A DNA stretch of 64,000 bases from Stygiobacter sp. RIFOXYC2_FULL_38_25. Its GTDB lineage: Bacteria > Bacteroidota > Ignavibacteria > Ignavibacteriales > Melioribacteraceae. Where the stretch lies: the NCBI GenBank assembly GCA_001803165.1, contig MHAZ01000016.1, forward strand, positions 23,219 through 87,218, in the 5' to 3' direction. Position 1 is the first letter of the stretch. Every line of letters starts with the position of its first letter. Shown piece after piece: positions 38,846 to 48,415 of the stretch. A program made the position numbers and the translations under genes. Below the pieces are notes generated by a model, which worked only from the letters and a program-made list of their open reading frames with translations, was not told where the DNA came from and did no database searches.

Positions 38846-41200
38846 TTGGTCGGTGTAAAATTTGATTTCCTACAAAAGCTGAATGAACTTGCCAGTCTTT
38901 CCAGAAAAGGCGACGCATTCTTTCCTGACGAACTAAGTAACTTCCTTTGTGAGGAGTTTGATCTTTCCGCAATAGTACTTTTTGATCTTAAAAGCGACGG
39001 CAAGTTGGAAGTTATTGGAAAATCCGCATCTGCTAAAAAGAATTTTAAAGTAGGCACTTCGCACAATTGCGCTTCTTGCCCGGCTATTAATGGGAATGAA
39101 CCAAATAAGCTTCTCTTTGATAACAATTGCGCTATCCCCGTTTCCGATTTTATGACTTATGAGGGATGCTGTGTTATTCCACTTTCATCCACCGAAAAAA
39201 TTTCGATAAAGCTTGGCAGAAAAGCCGCATTCACTCAAAGCGATAAAGATCAGCTTGAGAAATCATTGCAATTAGTAGCCATGCTTCTTGCTTCTTGGAA
39301 GGAAGCTAAATCTGCTTCTACTAAGCCATCGGCAGGCTTCTCTCACGTAGTCGAAGAAACTGCTCATGAACTTAGATCCAATTCAAATTCTATTATCGGT
39401 TTGCTCTCTTATCTATCCAACGAAAACCCAACTGCTTCTCAGCAAGAATACATTTCTTCTATCAAAAAAAATGCGCAAAGCATTCTTCTTAACATTAACG
39501 ACCTTAATGAGCTTGCTAAGATTGATAAGAACAACCTGACGGCAAATCTGAAAAAAGTAGATTTAAATGTTTTCATTAATGAAATAGTTGAAAATTTTAA
39601 AAGCCGGTTGGGTGCCCGTAAAGTAACATTCAAAGTTTCTTTGGAAAGACCACTTGCACAACCAGTTGAACTAGATGAACAGAAGCTGAAATACATTATC
39701 AGCATGTTATTATTTGTATCCACAACACTTACATCTCAAGGAGAAATTTCTGTTAATGTAGGTGTTACTCAAGATGGTAAAATTCGTTTTGCAATTTCCG
39801 ACACCGGAGTTCAGCTTGATAATTCAGTACATGCCAAGCTTTTCGAACCTTTCGTTTTGGCACGTCAACACGAGTTTAAGGCGACAAATATTACCGGCTT
39901 AAGTTTAACATTGGTTAAAAGTTTTGTAAACTACTTGGGCGGAGATATAACCGCGTCAAGAAATACAGACAAAGGGAATTCATTCATTTTCACAATTAGC
40001 GGAGACGTAATGCCGGAGTTCGAATCAACATTGTCCCAGCTTCCAAAACCGACAACAAAAAATAAAGTTCTCGTTATTGAAGACGATTATGCTACTTCCA
40101 AACTGTTGAGCAATTACCTCAATAAATGGGGCTACGATCCTACTATAGTCAGCACAGAAGCTCAAGCGTTTAGTATTATTGAGAAAGAGCATCTTCTCGC
40201 CGTTATTCTTGATATTGAGCTTCCAACAGCAAACGGTTTGGAAATGCTTAAGAAGATGCATGATCATCCCAAGACAAAAAATATTCCTGTAATTGTTTGC
40301 TCTGTTGAACCGGAACAGCAAAAAGCATTTTTGATGGGTGCAGTTGAATATTTTATTAAACCGATTAATTACAACTATCTGGTTGAAGTTCTTACCAGCT
40401 ATAAATTAAAAAAGAATTCCAACATACTGTGCGTTGATGATGACTTGCCGACACTTAATTTGGTTAAGCAAGCAATTGAGCAAGCTGGCTTTAATGCAAT
40501 AGCGATTAACATTTCCGCTGCCGTAATGGAAGTTATCAAAGATAAAGACATTGATTTGGCAATAGTTGATCTGGATATGCCGACTCCAAATGGATTTGAG
40601 CTGATTAAACTCATCAAATCCGAGAAACGTTTTGCAAAGCTGCCAATCATCATTTATACCGGAAAAGAAAATTACCAGGAAGATTTAAAACAGATTGAAG
40701 GCTTGTTCGAAGACTTACTCGATAAACGTTCCACCAACATTGAAGATCTTGCAGACACAATAAATGCAATGATTAACCGCTACGATACTCCTCCGCCTGC
40801 TGCCGAGGTAATTCAGAAAGAAGGCGGATTAAAAATTTTATTGGCGGAAGATTATAAACACTCTCAAATTATTGTTACCCGCCTTCTTAAGAAAAACGGC
40901 TTTGAAAGTATTGTAGTTGTGGAGAATGGTGAAGATGCATATAAGATGGCTCGCGATCAGAAATTCGATTTGATATTGATGGACATGCAGATGCCTATCA
41001 TGAACGGCTTTGAAGCTACGGAGAAAATACGTGAACTTGCTGCTTACAAAGAAACTCCAATAATTGCTCTAACAGCTTTTGCTATGAAAGGCGACCGAGA
41101 AAAATGTATTGAAGCCGGCGCTACAGATTACATTCCCAAACCGATTGACAGTAAAGAGTTTATTGATAAAGTGAAATACTACACTAACACTCTTTCGTAA
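38846..41200 (+). CDS. Cytoplasmic hybrid HisKA/degenerate HATPase protein with three receiver domains
   Basis: H-box AHELRS; degenerate N and G boxes; REC1 VIEDD...ILDIELP, REC2 CVDDD...IVDLDMP, REC3 LAEDY...LMDMQMP...KPI. Confidence 0.85.
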   Translation: MVGVKFDFLQKLNELASLSRKGDAFFPDELSNFLCEEFDLSAIVLFDLKSDGKLEVIGKSASAKKNFKVGTSHNCASCPAINGNEPNKLLFDNNCAIPVSDFMTYEGCCVIPLSSTEKISIKLGRKAAFTQSDKDQLEKSLQLVAMLLASWKEAKSASTKPSAGFSHVVEETAHELRSNSNSIIGLLSYLSNENPTASQQEYISSIKKNAQSILLNINDLNELAKIDKNNLTANLKKVDLNVFINEIVENFKSRLGARKVTFKVSLERPLAQPVELDEQKLKYIISMLLFVSTTLTSQGEISVNVGVTQDGKIRFAISDTGVQLDNSVHAKLFEPFVLARQHEFKATNITGLSLTLVKSFVNYLGGDITASRNTDKGNSFIFTISGDVMPEFESTLSQLPKPTTKNKVLVIEDDYATSKLLSNYLNKWGYDPTIVSTEAQAFSIIEKEHLLAVILDIELPTANGLEMLKKMHDHPKTKNIPVIVCSVEPEQQKAFLMGAVEYFIKPINYNYLVEVLTSYKLKKNSNILCVDDDLPTLNLVKQAIEQAGFNAIAINISAAVMEVIKDKDIDLAIVDLDMPTPNGFELIKLIKSEKRFAKLPIIIYTGKENYQEDLKQIEGLFEDLLDKRSTNIEDLADTINAMINRYDTPPPAAEVIQKEGGLKILLAEDYKHSQIIVTRLLKKNGFESIVVVENGEDAYKMARDQKFDLILMDMQMPIMNGFEATEKIRELAAYKETPIIALTAFAMKGDREKCIEAGATDYIPKPIDSKEFIDKVKYYTNTLS

Positions 41201-41204
41201 AAAT

Positions 41205-41229
41205 TTCCCTCTTCGGAGGGATTTTTTTT
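41205..41229 (+). terminator. Intrinsic terminator
   Basis: TCCCTC-TTCG-GAGGGA followed by T8. Confidence 0.8.
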
Positions 41230-41301
41230 ATCTGCTCTTAATCAAGTATCCAGAAACCAGTATCATCTTTATTATATTTGCACCAAAAATTTGGAGATTT
41301 T

Positions 41302-42783
41302 GTGAACGAAGTACGTGTACGCTTTGCACCGAGTCCTACCGGCTACCTTCATGTAGGAGGCTTGCGCACAGCTTTATATAACTTTCTTTTCGCACGCAAA
41401 AACAATGGCAAGTTTATTCTTAGAATTGAAGACACCGACCGCAACCGTTATGTTGAAGGCGCTGTTGAAAATTTAATTGCGTCGTTGAAGTGGTGCGGAC
41501 TTGAATACGATGAAGGTCCGGATAAAGAAGGCGGATTCGGTCCCTACATGCAATCTCAAAGATTGGATTTGTATAAAAAGTACGCTGATGAGTTAATTAA
41601 AAAAGGGCACGCGTATTATTGCTTTTGTACACCGGAACGTTTGCAAGTATTGAAAGAAGAACAAGCGGCACAGAAATTACATCAAGCCAAATATGATAAA
41701 CATTGCTTATCACTTTCAAAAGCTGAGATAGACGAAAAACTTGCCGGCGGAACTGCTCATGTTGTCCGTCTGAATGTTATCCCGAATCAAAAAATTGTAT
41801 TTAACGATATCATTCGTAACCGTGTTGAATTTGACAGCAGCAATGTTGATGACCAGGTTTTAATTAAGGGAGACGGCTACCCAACTTATCACATGGCAAA
41901 TGTTGTAGATGATCACTTGATGCAAATCAGTCACGTAATTCGAGGCGAAGAATGGCTTTCATCAACTCCCAAACACGTATTACTTTATGATTTCTTTGGC
42001 TGGGAAAAACCAATTTTTGCTCATCTTCCCCTTTTGTTAAATCCGGATCGCTCTAAACTAAGCAAACGCCAAGGCGATGTAGCTGTTGAAGATTACAGAG
42101 CCAAAGGATTTCTTAAAGAAGCTTTAGTAAACTTTGTAGCTCTTCTTGGCTGGAATGCCGGGGATGATAAAGAGTTTTATTATATGAATGAACTGATTGA
42201 GAGTTTTTCACTGGAAAGAGTGAATAACTCAGGCGCTGTGTTTGATTTGGAGAAGCTGAATTGGATAAACGCTGAACACTTGAGAAAGAAATCCAACGAA
42301 GAACTATTGACGCTACTGAAGTTTGAAATTGAGAATTCCTCGCCTCACTTGGCGCAAGGCGAAGTGGGAGAATTGAGAATTGAGAATTATTCTGACTCTT
42401 ATCTATTACAAGTTATTGAAGCAATGAAAGAGCGCGTAAGCTTTGTTAAAGAATATCTTACAAAGTCTCCTTACTTTTTTACAGCTCCAACCGAATATGA
42501 AGAGGCATCCAGACTGAAAAACTGGAAACCAGAGACACCGGAACAGCTTAAGGCTTTACGAAACAAATTCTCTGAACTTAATAATCCTTCAAAAGAAGAT
42601 TACGAAGTTGCACTTAAACAAACAGTAGCAGACTTAAATATTGGCGTGGGAAAAATTATTCATCCATTGCGACTTGCTGTTTCCGGACAAAGCACCGGAC
42701 CGGGCATGTATGATTTGCTTTTTATTCTTGGCAAAGAGGAAGTGATTAAAAGAATTGATAGAGCAACTGAGACAATAAAATAG
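41302..42783 (+). CDS. gltX: Glutamate--tRNA ligase
   Basis: VRFAPSPTGYLHVGG (HIGH), IRGEEW, KLSKRQG (KMSKS). Start refined to GTG 41302 with GGAG upstream. Confidence 0.96.
   Translation: MNEVRVRFAPSPTGYLHVGGLRTALYNFLFARKNNGKFILRIEDTDRNRYVEGAVENLIASLKWCGLEYDEGPDKEGGFGPYMQSQRLDLYKKYADELIKKGHAYYCFCTPERLQVLKEEQAAQKLHQAKYDKHCLSLSKAEIDEKLAGGTAHVVRLNVIPNQKIVFNDIIRNRVEFDSSNVDDQVLIKGDGYPTYHMANVVDDHLMQISHVIRGEEWLSSTPKHVLLYDFFGWEKPIFAHLPLLLNPDRSKLSKRQGDVAVEDYRAKGFLKEALVNFVALLGWNAGDDKEFYYMNELIESFSLERVNNSGAVFDLEKLNWINAEHLRKKSNEELLTLLKFEIENSSPHLAQGEVGELRIENYSDSYLLQVIEAMKERVSFVKEYLTKSPYFFTAPTEYEEASRLKNWKPETPEQLKALRNKFSELNNPSKEDYEVALKQTVADLNIGVGKIIHPLRLAVSGQSTGPGMYDLLFILGKEEVIKRIDRATETIK
42325..42388 (+). 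repeat. GAGAATT heptamer array interrupted by a 30-nt imperfect hairpin, in frame inside gltX
   Basis: GAGAATT at 42331, 42368, 42375 and 42382; insert CCTCGCCTCACTTGGCGCAAGGCGAAGTGG at 42338-42367. Confidence 0.75.
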
Positions 42784-42801
42784 ATTCTGCAGTATAAAAA
42801 A

Positions 42802-42826
42802 GTAGAGACGCAAAAAGCGTCTCTAC
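42802..42826. repeat. GTAG-type REP palindrome between convergent gltX and glnS (may act as a bidirectional terminator)
   Basis: GTAGAGACGC-AAAAA-GCGTCTCTAC; same family as 47212 and 60123. Confidence 0.8.
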
Positions 42827-42832
42827 TTTAAC

Positions 42833-44518
42833 TTACGATTTTTTCCCCCAACTGTCTTTCAAGGTTACAGTTCTGTTAAAAACTAATTTCTCCGCAGTCG
42901 TATATTTTGTATCAACACAGAAATAACCCAAGCGTTCAAACTGAAATTTATCAAGCGGCTTTGCGTTCTTAATAAATGGTTCAATCTTAGCGTCGCTAAT
43001 TACTTCCAAAGAATTTGGGTTAATCTTGCCAAGCCAATCTTCTTCCGCGCCCGGATTCTCAACTGTGAAAAGCCTATCATATAATCTTACTTCAGCATCA
43101 ACTGCATTGTTTGCAGATACCCAGTGAATAACTCCTTTTACTTTCTTTGTGCTGGCTCCGCTTCCGCTCTTAGTATCCTTATCGTAAGTACAGTGTAACT
43201 CAATCACTTTGCCGGTAGCATCTTTAATCACTTCCTCACATTTAATAATGTAGGCATAGCGCAGTCTAACTTCGCCGGCGGGAACTAAACGGTGAAATCC
43301 CTTTGGCGGATCTTCCATAAAATCACTCTCTTCAATAAACAATTCCTTACTAAAAGGAACAGTTCTTGAACCGGCTTCCGGTTTTTCCGGATTGTTAACT
43401 GCATCTAAATTTTCTTCACCTTCATAGTTAGTAATCACAACTTTGAGCGGTCTTAATACAGCCATAACGCGCTGCGCGTTTTTGTTCAGATCATCACGAA
43501 TAGCAAACTCAAGAAGAGATATATCTGTGAGCGCATCGCGTTTAGCCACGCCGATTATCTCGGCAAAATTTCTGATCGCTTCAGGTGTGTAACCTCTTCT
43601 TCTATAACCGGAAATTGTAGGCATACGCGGATCGTCCCAATCATCAACATGTTTTTCTTTTACCAGCTGCAATAATCTACGTTTACTCATCACGGTATAG
43701 CTGAGATTTAATCTTGCAAATTCTATCTGCTTTGGATGATAGACTCCGAGCGAATCCAAGAACCAATCGTAAAGCGGTCTATGGTTTTCAAACTCAAGTG
43801 TACAAATCGAATGTGTAATTCCTTCAAGGGAATCTTCATTGCCGTGCGCCCAATCGTAAGTCGGATAGATGCACCAACTGTTTCCCTGTCGGTGATGTTC
43901 CGCATGAACAACACGGTACATTATCGGATCGCGCATGTTGAAGTTTGGAGAAGCCATATCAATTTTAGCGCGAAGAGTTTTTGCGCCATTCTCAAACTCG
44001 CCTTTGCGCATCCGCTCAAACAAATCCAAATTTTCTTCAACAGTTCTATTTCTGTATGGACTATCCTTTCCAGGCTCGGTTAAAGTACCGCGAGTAGCGC
44101 GGATTTCATCTGCGTTCAAATCGCAAACGTAAGCCTTCCCTTTTTTAATTAGCTCAACCGCCCATTTATACATTTGCTCAAAATAATCTGAGGCGTAGAG
44201 AATTCTCTCTTCAAAATCAGCACCGAGCCATTTTACATCTTCAACAATCGAATCAACATATTCTTGCTCTTCCTTTTCCGGATTAGTGTCATCAAAACGA
44301 AGATTGAACTTGCCCTTATAATCTCTTGCGATTCCATAATTCAAGCAGATTGATTTTGCGTGCCCAATGTGAAGATAGCCGTTCGGTTCCGGCGGAAAGC
44401 GTGTATGAACTTGCTTGCCGAATTTTTCGGTTTTGATATCTTCATCAATGATTTCGTATATAAAATTCTTTGGTTTGTGTTCAACCGGGTTTTCGTTTGT
44501 GTTTTTAATCTCTTCCAT
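42833..44518 (-). CDS. glnS: Glutamine--tRNA ligase
   Basis: [57 protein letters not shown]. Confidence 0.96.
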   Translation of the reverse strand: MEEIKNTNENPVEHKPKNFIYEIIDEDIKTEKFGKQVHTRFPPEPNGYLHIGHAKSICLNYGIARDYKGKFNLRFDDTNPEKEEQEYVDSIVEDVKWLGADFEERILYASDYFEQMYKWAVELIKKGKAYVCDLNADEIRATRGTLTEPGKDSPYRNRTVEENLDLFERMRKGEFENGAKTLRAKIDMASPNFNMRDPIMYRVVHAEHHRQGNSWCIYPTYDWAHGNEDSLEGITHSICTLEFENHRPLYDWFLDSLGVYHPKQIEFARLNLSYTVMSKRRLLQLVKEKHVDDWDDPRMPTISGYRRRGYTPEAIRNFAEIIGVAKRDALTDISLLEFAIRDDLNKNAQRVMAVLRPLKVVITNYEGEENLDAVNNPEKPEAGSRTVPFSKELFIEESDFMEDPPKGFHRLVPAGEVRLRYAYIIKCEEVIKDATGKVIELHCTYDKDTKSGSGASTKKVKGVIHWVSANNAVDAEVRLYDRLFTVENPGAEEDWLGKINPNSLEVISDAKIEPFIKNAKPLDKFQFERLGYFCVDTKYTTAEKLVFNRTVTLKDSWGKKS

Positions 44519-44640
44519 AAGTCCCAGATTTTTGTAATAACTCCGACAAAAATAAGAAATCGCTGGTTAAATAGTCTGTTGCCAAAACTTTAGACGGGTT
44601 TTCTCAAAACCGATATAGCAATGGGCATAGATGTTCTATG

Positions 44641-44798
44641 TATCGTCCCTAAGGACTTTGGTTCATTTGGTATTCTTTACTTATAGATATTCAATCCCTT
44701 CGGGATTTTTAGCTCCTTTAGTTAAAGGACTCCTTCGGAGGGCGACATATCTATAAGAATAATGGATACAAATTTGTTAAGTCCCTTTAGGGACGATA
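44641..44798. repeat. Second BIME-like composite of the 15.2 kb family
   Basis: TATCGTCCCTAAGGACT ~23 nt TTATAGATATTCAATCCCTTCGGGATT; mirrored by CTCCTTCGGAGGGCGACATATCTATAA ... AAGTCCCTTTAGGGACGATA. Confidence 0.8.
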
Positions 44799-44963
44799 TA
44801 AAGCTATTCACCAATTGGGTGAATTTTATTGCTCATTATTTCCGTCATCATTTTAATATTCTTCTATCCTTGTATTTCCTATCCAGCCTTTAGCGGGTTT
44901 TCTTTCTCTTTTTATTATTTTTGAGCGGAATAAAAACAATCAGAACATACTTGCGAGAATTCG

Positions 44964-47072
44964 ATGAAACATATCATTCAATCACTCATATTCTTTTTTC
45001 TCATGGCGACTTTAAGCACTTTTAGTCAAACAATTTCATCTCCAAACGGGGCTCTAAAACTTCAGTTTGAGATTTTGAAAGATGGAACTCCGGCATACGA
45101 ACTGAACTACAAAAATTCTAAAGTAATAAAGACTAGCCGTTTAGGTTTACTACTCAAAGATTCGCCGTCACTTCAGAGTGGATTTGTAATTTCCAAAATT
45201 GATTCATTAAAGATGGATGAAACATGGGACCCGGTTTGGGGAGAAGTAAAAACAATTAGAGATACTCACAATGAGTTAAAAGTTACATTAACACAGAAAG
45301 AGACCGATAAGCAAATAGTTTTAGCATTCCGCTTATTCGATGAAGGACTTGGTTTCCGCTACGAATTTCCATCTCAGAAAAATCTTTCTTACTTCATTGT
45401 AAGCGATGAATTAACTCAATTTAATTTAGGTGAAGACCATACCGCTTTTTGGATTCCGGGCGATTTCGATTCGAATGAACATGTTTATTCCAGAACTCCG
45501 CTCAGCCAGATTGATGGAACAATCGGGGTTAACGTAAATGAGATTACGGCAAAGAGAATCATCGGAAAGAATTATGTGCAATCGCCGCTAATGATGAAAT
45601 CTAAGAACGGTTTGTACATAAACATTTTCGAAGCCGCTCTCGTTGATTACCCGGCAATGCATCTGGAGATTGACCAAAAGAATTTCATTCTCAAATCATG
45701 CTTAGTTCCCGATGCTGTCGGCAATAAAGCGTACATGCAAACTCCTTGTAAAACTCCTTGGCGTACAATTCTTGTAAGTGATAAAGCGACGGATATTCTT
45801 GCTTCCAAAATGATTTTGAACCTTAACGAGCCCCCGAAAATAAAAAACACTGATTGGATAAAACCAATGAAGTACGTCGGCATCTGGTGGGGAATGCATG
45901 TCGGTACAGAATCGTGGAATTATGCAGACGGCGGCAACATCAAGCTAAAAGATTTTGATTGGTCGTCTCTAAAACCAAACGGCAAGCATGGAGCTACTAC
46001 AGAAAACACAAAACGCTACATAGATTTTGCTGCGCAGCACGGCTTCGATGGAGTGTTGATAGAGGGCTGGAACGTTGGCTGGGAAGATTGGTTCGGTCAA
46101 TGGAAAGAAGAAGTTTTCGATTTTGTAACGCCTTACCCGGATTTTGATGTAGATGAGCTTAGTAAATACGCCGCCTCAAAAAATGTTAAGCTGATTATGC
46201 ATCACGAAACTTCAGCTTCTGCTACAAATTACGAACGTAGAATGGATGATGCTTTTGCGTTTATGAAAAAGTATAATTATCCGGCAGTTAAGACCGGCTA
46301 TGTTGGAAGAATAATTCCGCGCGGAGAATTGCACGATGGGCAGTGGATGGTTCAGCACTATGTTAGAGTTGCTGAGAAACTCGCTGAAAATAAATTGATG
46401 CTTGACGCGCACGAGCCGGTTCGCCCAACCGGCTTACACCGCACATATCCAAACTGGTTAGCTTGCGAAGCCGCACGCGGAAATGAGTTTAATGCTTGGA
46501 GTATCGGCAATCCTCCGGAACATGAAACGATTCTTCCCTTTACACGGTTGCTTGGCGGTCCAATGGATTACACGCCGGGCATCTTCCAGATTAAAATGAA
46601 TTATTATGACAAGAATAAAAAAGAACAAGTGCATACTACGCTCGCAAAGCAATTAGCTCTTTATTTAACAATGTATTCTCCTCTTCAAATGGCTGCCGAT
46701 TTGCCTGAGAATTACGAAAAACATTTGGATGCGTTTCAGTTCATAAAAGATGTAGCAGTTGATTGGGATGACAGCAAATATTTGGAAGCAGAACCGGGAG
46801 ATTACCTTACTGTTGCCCGTAAAGCCAAACGTACAAATAATTGGTTCATCGGCTCAATTACTGATGAAAATGAAAGAACAACAACGGTTCAGCTTAACTT
46901 TTTAGAGAAGGATAAAACCTACACAGCAACAATTTACGCAGATGCAAAAGATGCGCATTGGGAAAAGAATCCAATGGCTTACGAAATCATAAAAAAGAAA
47001 GTTACTGCAAAGGATAAGTTAGAAGTGAAGTTAGCTCCCGGTGGTGGATGTGCTATAAGCATAATTGAATGA
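44964..47072 (+). CDS. Glycoside hydrolase family 97 (SusB-like alpha-glucosidase)
   Basis: Signal peptide, KYVGIWWGMH, LIEGWNVGW, MHHETS, DAHEP, CEAARGNE, GPMDYTPG, TTLAKQLALY. Confidence 0.93.
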   Translation: MKHIIQSLIFFFLMATLSTFSQTISSPNGALKLQFEILKDGTPAYELNYKNSKVIKTSRLGLLLKDSPSLQSGFVISKIDSLKMDETWDPVWGEVKTIRDTHNELKVTLTQKETDKQIVLAFRLFDEGLGFRYEFPSQKNLSYFIVSDELTQFNLGEDHTAFWIPGDFDSNEHVYSRTPLSQIDGTIGVNVNEITAKRIIGKNYVQSPLMMKSKNGLYINIFEAALVDYPAMHLEIDQKNFILKSCLVPDAVGNKAYMQTPCKTPWRTILVSDKATDILASKMILNLNEPPKIKNTDWIKPMKYVGIWWGMHVGTESWNYADGGNIKLKDFDWSSLKPNGKHGATTENTKRYIDFAAQHGFDGVLIEGWNVGWEDWFGQWKEEVFDFVTPYPDFDVDELSKYAASKNVKLIMHHETSASATNYERRMDDAFAFMKKYNYPAVKTGYVGRIIPRGELHDGQWMVQHYVRVAEKLAENKLMLDAHEPVRPTGLHRTYPNWLACEAARGNEFNAWSIGNPPEHETILPFTRLLGGPMDYTPGIFQIKMNYYDKNKKEQVHTTLAKQLALYLTMYSPLQMAADLPENYEKHLDAFQFIKDVAVDWDDSKYLEAEPGDYLTVARKAKRTNNWFIGSITDENERTTTVQLNFLEKDKTYTATIYADAKDAHWEKNPMAYEIIKKKVTAKDKLEVKLAPGGGCAISIIE

Positions 47073-47097
47073 GTAAAAACTGAAACAGATTCAAAGC

Positions 47098-47123
47098 AAG
47101 AGCCGCCGGGTAGCGGCTCTTTT
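47098..47123. terminator. Probable bidirectional terminator between convergent genes
   Basis: AAGAGCCGC-cgggta-GCGGCTCTT-tt. Confidence 0.75.
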
Positions 47124-47137
47124 GTTAATTGCGTTTA

Positions 47138-48403
47138 CTACTTTGTTAAGACCATCTTCTTTGTAATTGTAGCTTTTGGTGTTACTAATCTGTAAAAATA
47201 AATTCCACTTGGCAGAGACGCCATATATGGCGTCTTTACATTAAATGTTACTTTATAATTTCCAGCCTGTTTGTACTCATTAACAAGTGTTGCAACTTCT
47301 TTTCCAAGTGCATCGTAAACTTTGAGCGTTACATGCTGTAAATCCTCCCCTTCGAGGAGGTTTGGTGGGGCTATCGTATAGCTAATAGTGGTTTCCGGAT
47401 TAAACGGATTGGGATAATTCTGTTCTAAAGAAAACTTTGTTGGCAATGTTTTATCTTCATTAATGTCTGTAACCACAAGTTCATTCTGAAGCGCTCTCCA
47501 AATACCCTCTGAAGTTACAATATAAATGAAGTTATTAAATGCTACACCATCGTTAACAAAGGTTGATGAATTTAATCCGTTAGTACGCAGTACCCATGAA
47601 TTGCCCGCATCGGGAGAAGCGGAAAACTTATATGTAATATCTCCCATTAAGTAAAGAGATTGACCCGCAGCCGTCAGTTTTGTCCAATAGCCGTAATTTG
47701 CTCCAACCTGTTCCCATGGTTGACTAAGATTGTTTGAACGAAATATTCCTTTCTCGTAAGTTGAAACAAATGTAATTGCTACACTTGAGTATAAGGGATA
47801 TACCGGCACATCGTTCGGCAGCCCGGCATTCATCAGAACCCAGCTTATACCATAGTTTTCTGAAAAATATAACCCGCCTTGAGTTGTACCAACAAACACA
47901 TATTGATTGGAAGAGATAATTCCTCTCGTCTGGAGATTTGGCAGTCCGTTATTTCTTTGTGTCCATGTCTCTCCATCATTATCAGAAAAGCTCACACCTT
48001 GATTATCACCAGTAACAAATAGTGAGCTGGAGCTATTGCACATGGAAGTTACCGGAGCGTTGAGAACTCTTAAAAAAGTTTCTCCATTGTTAGAGGATTT
48101 AAATAAACCGTTTCTTCCGCCGATAAAGAGTGATGTTCCGGTTGAATGAATGAATTCAAAAGAAGCATACTCGGCTCCGTTTGCCGGCACACGGCTCCAG
48201 ATGCCTTCATATTGATCAACTGCAAATGAACTGAAGAGCCCATATGTATTATCTCTGGTATAAATAACATATAGTTTATTATTGTGCTCACAGATATCTA
48301 GACAATACTCACCTTGCAAACCGTTCAGCCACCATTGTGCGTCAATATTATTATTAAGAGTGAAGAAAAAGACAGCTATTATTAATGCAAATGTATTTTT
48401 CAT
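47138..48403 (-). CDS. T9SS-sorted BNR/Asp-box beta-propeller protein
   Basis: Signal peptide; repeats SSNNGETF, SDNDGETW, SENYGISW; CTD QNYPNPFNPETTISY...SGIYFY...KKMVLTK. Confidence 0.82.
   Translation of the reverse strand: MKNTFALIIAVFFFTLNNNIDAQWWLNGLQGEYCLDICEHNNKLYVIYTRDNTYGLFSSFAVDQYEGIWSRVPANGAEYASFEFIHSTGTSLFIGGRNGLFKSSNNGETFLRVLNAPVTSMCNSSSSLFVTGDNQGVSFSDNDGETWTQRNNGLPNLQTRGIISSNQYVFVGTTQGGLYFSENYGISWVLMNAGLPNDVPVYPLYSSVAITFVSTYEKGIFRSNNLSQPWEQVGANYGYWTKLTAAGQSLYLMGDITYKFSASPDAGNSWVLRTNGLNSSTFVNDGVAFNNFIYIVTSEGIWRALQNELVVTDINEDKTLPTKFSLEQNYPNPFNPETTISYTIAPPNLLEGEDLQHVTLKVYDALGKEVATLVNEYKQAGNYKVTFNVKTPYMASLPSGIYFYRLVTPKATITKKMVLTK
47212..47239. repeat. GTAG-family REP palindrome in frame in a T9SS CTD (encodes VKTPYMASL)
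   Basis: GCAGAGACGCCA-TATA-TGGCGTCTTTAC. Confidence 0.75.
47341..47371. repeat. GC-rich hairpin in frame in the same CTD (encodes APPNLLEGEDL)
   Basis: CCTCC-ccttcga-GGAGG-tttggtgggg, replacing the usual 3-4 aa loop after TISY. Confidence 0.5.
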
Positions 48404-48415
48404 TTTTTAGTCCCG

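Noticed and set aside
44806-44824. ATTCACC-AATTG-GGTGAAT palindrome upstream of GH97 as an operator
   Set aside because: Single copy next to REP debris with no adjacent regulator; cannot be told apart from repeat remnants.
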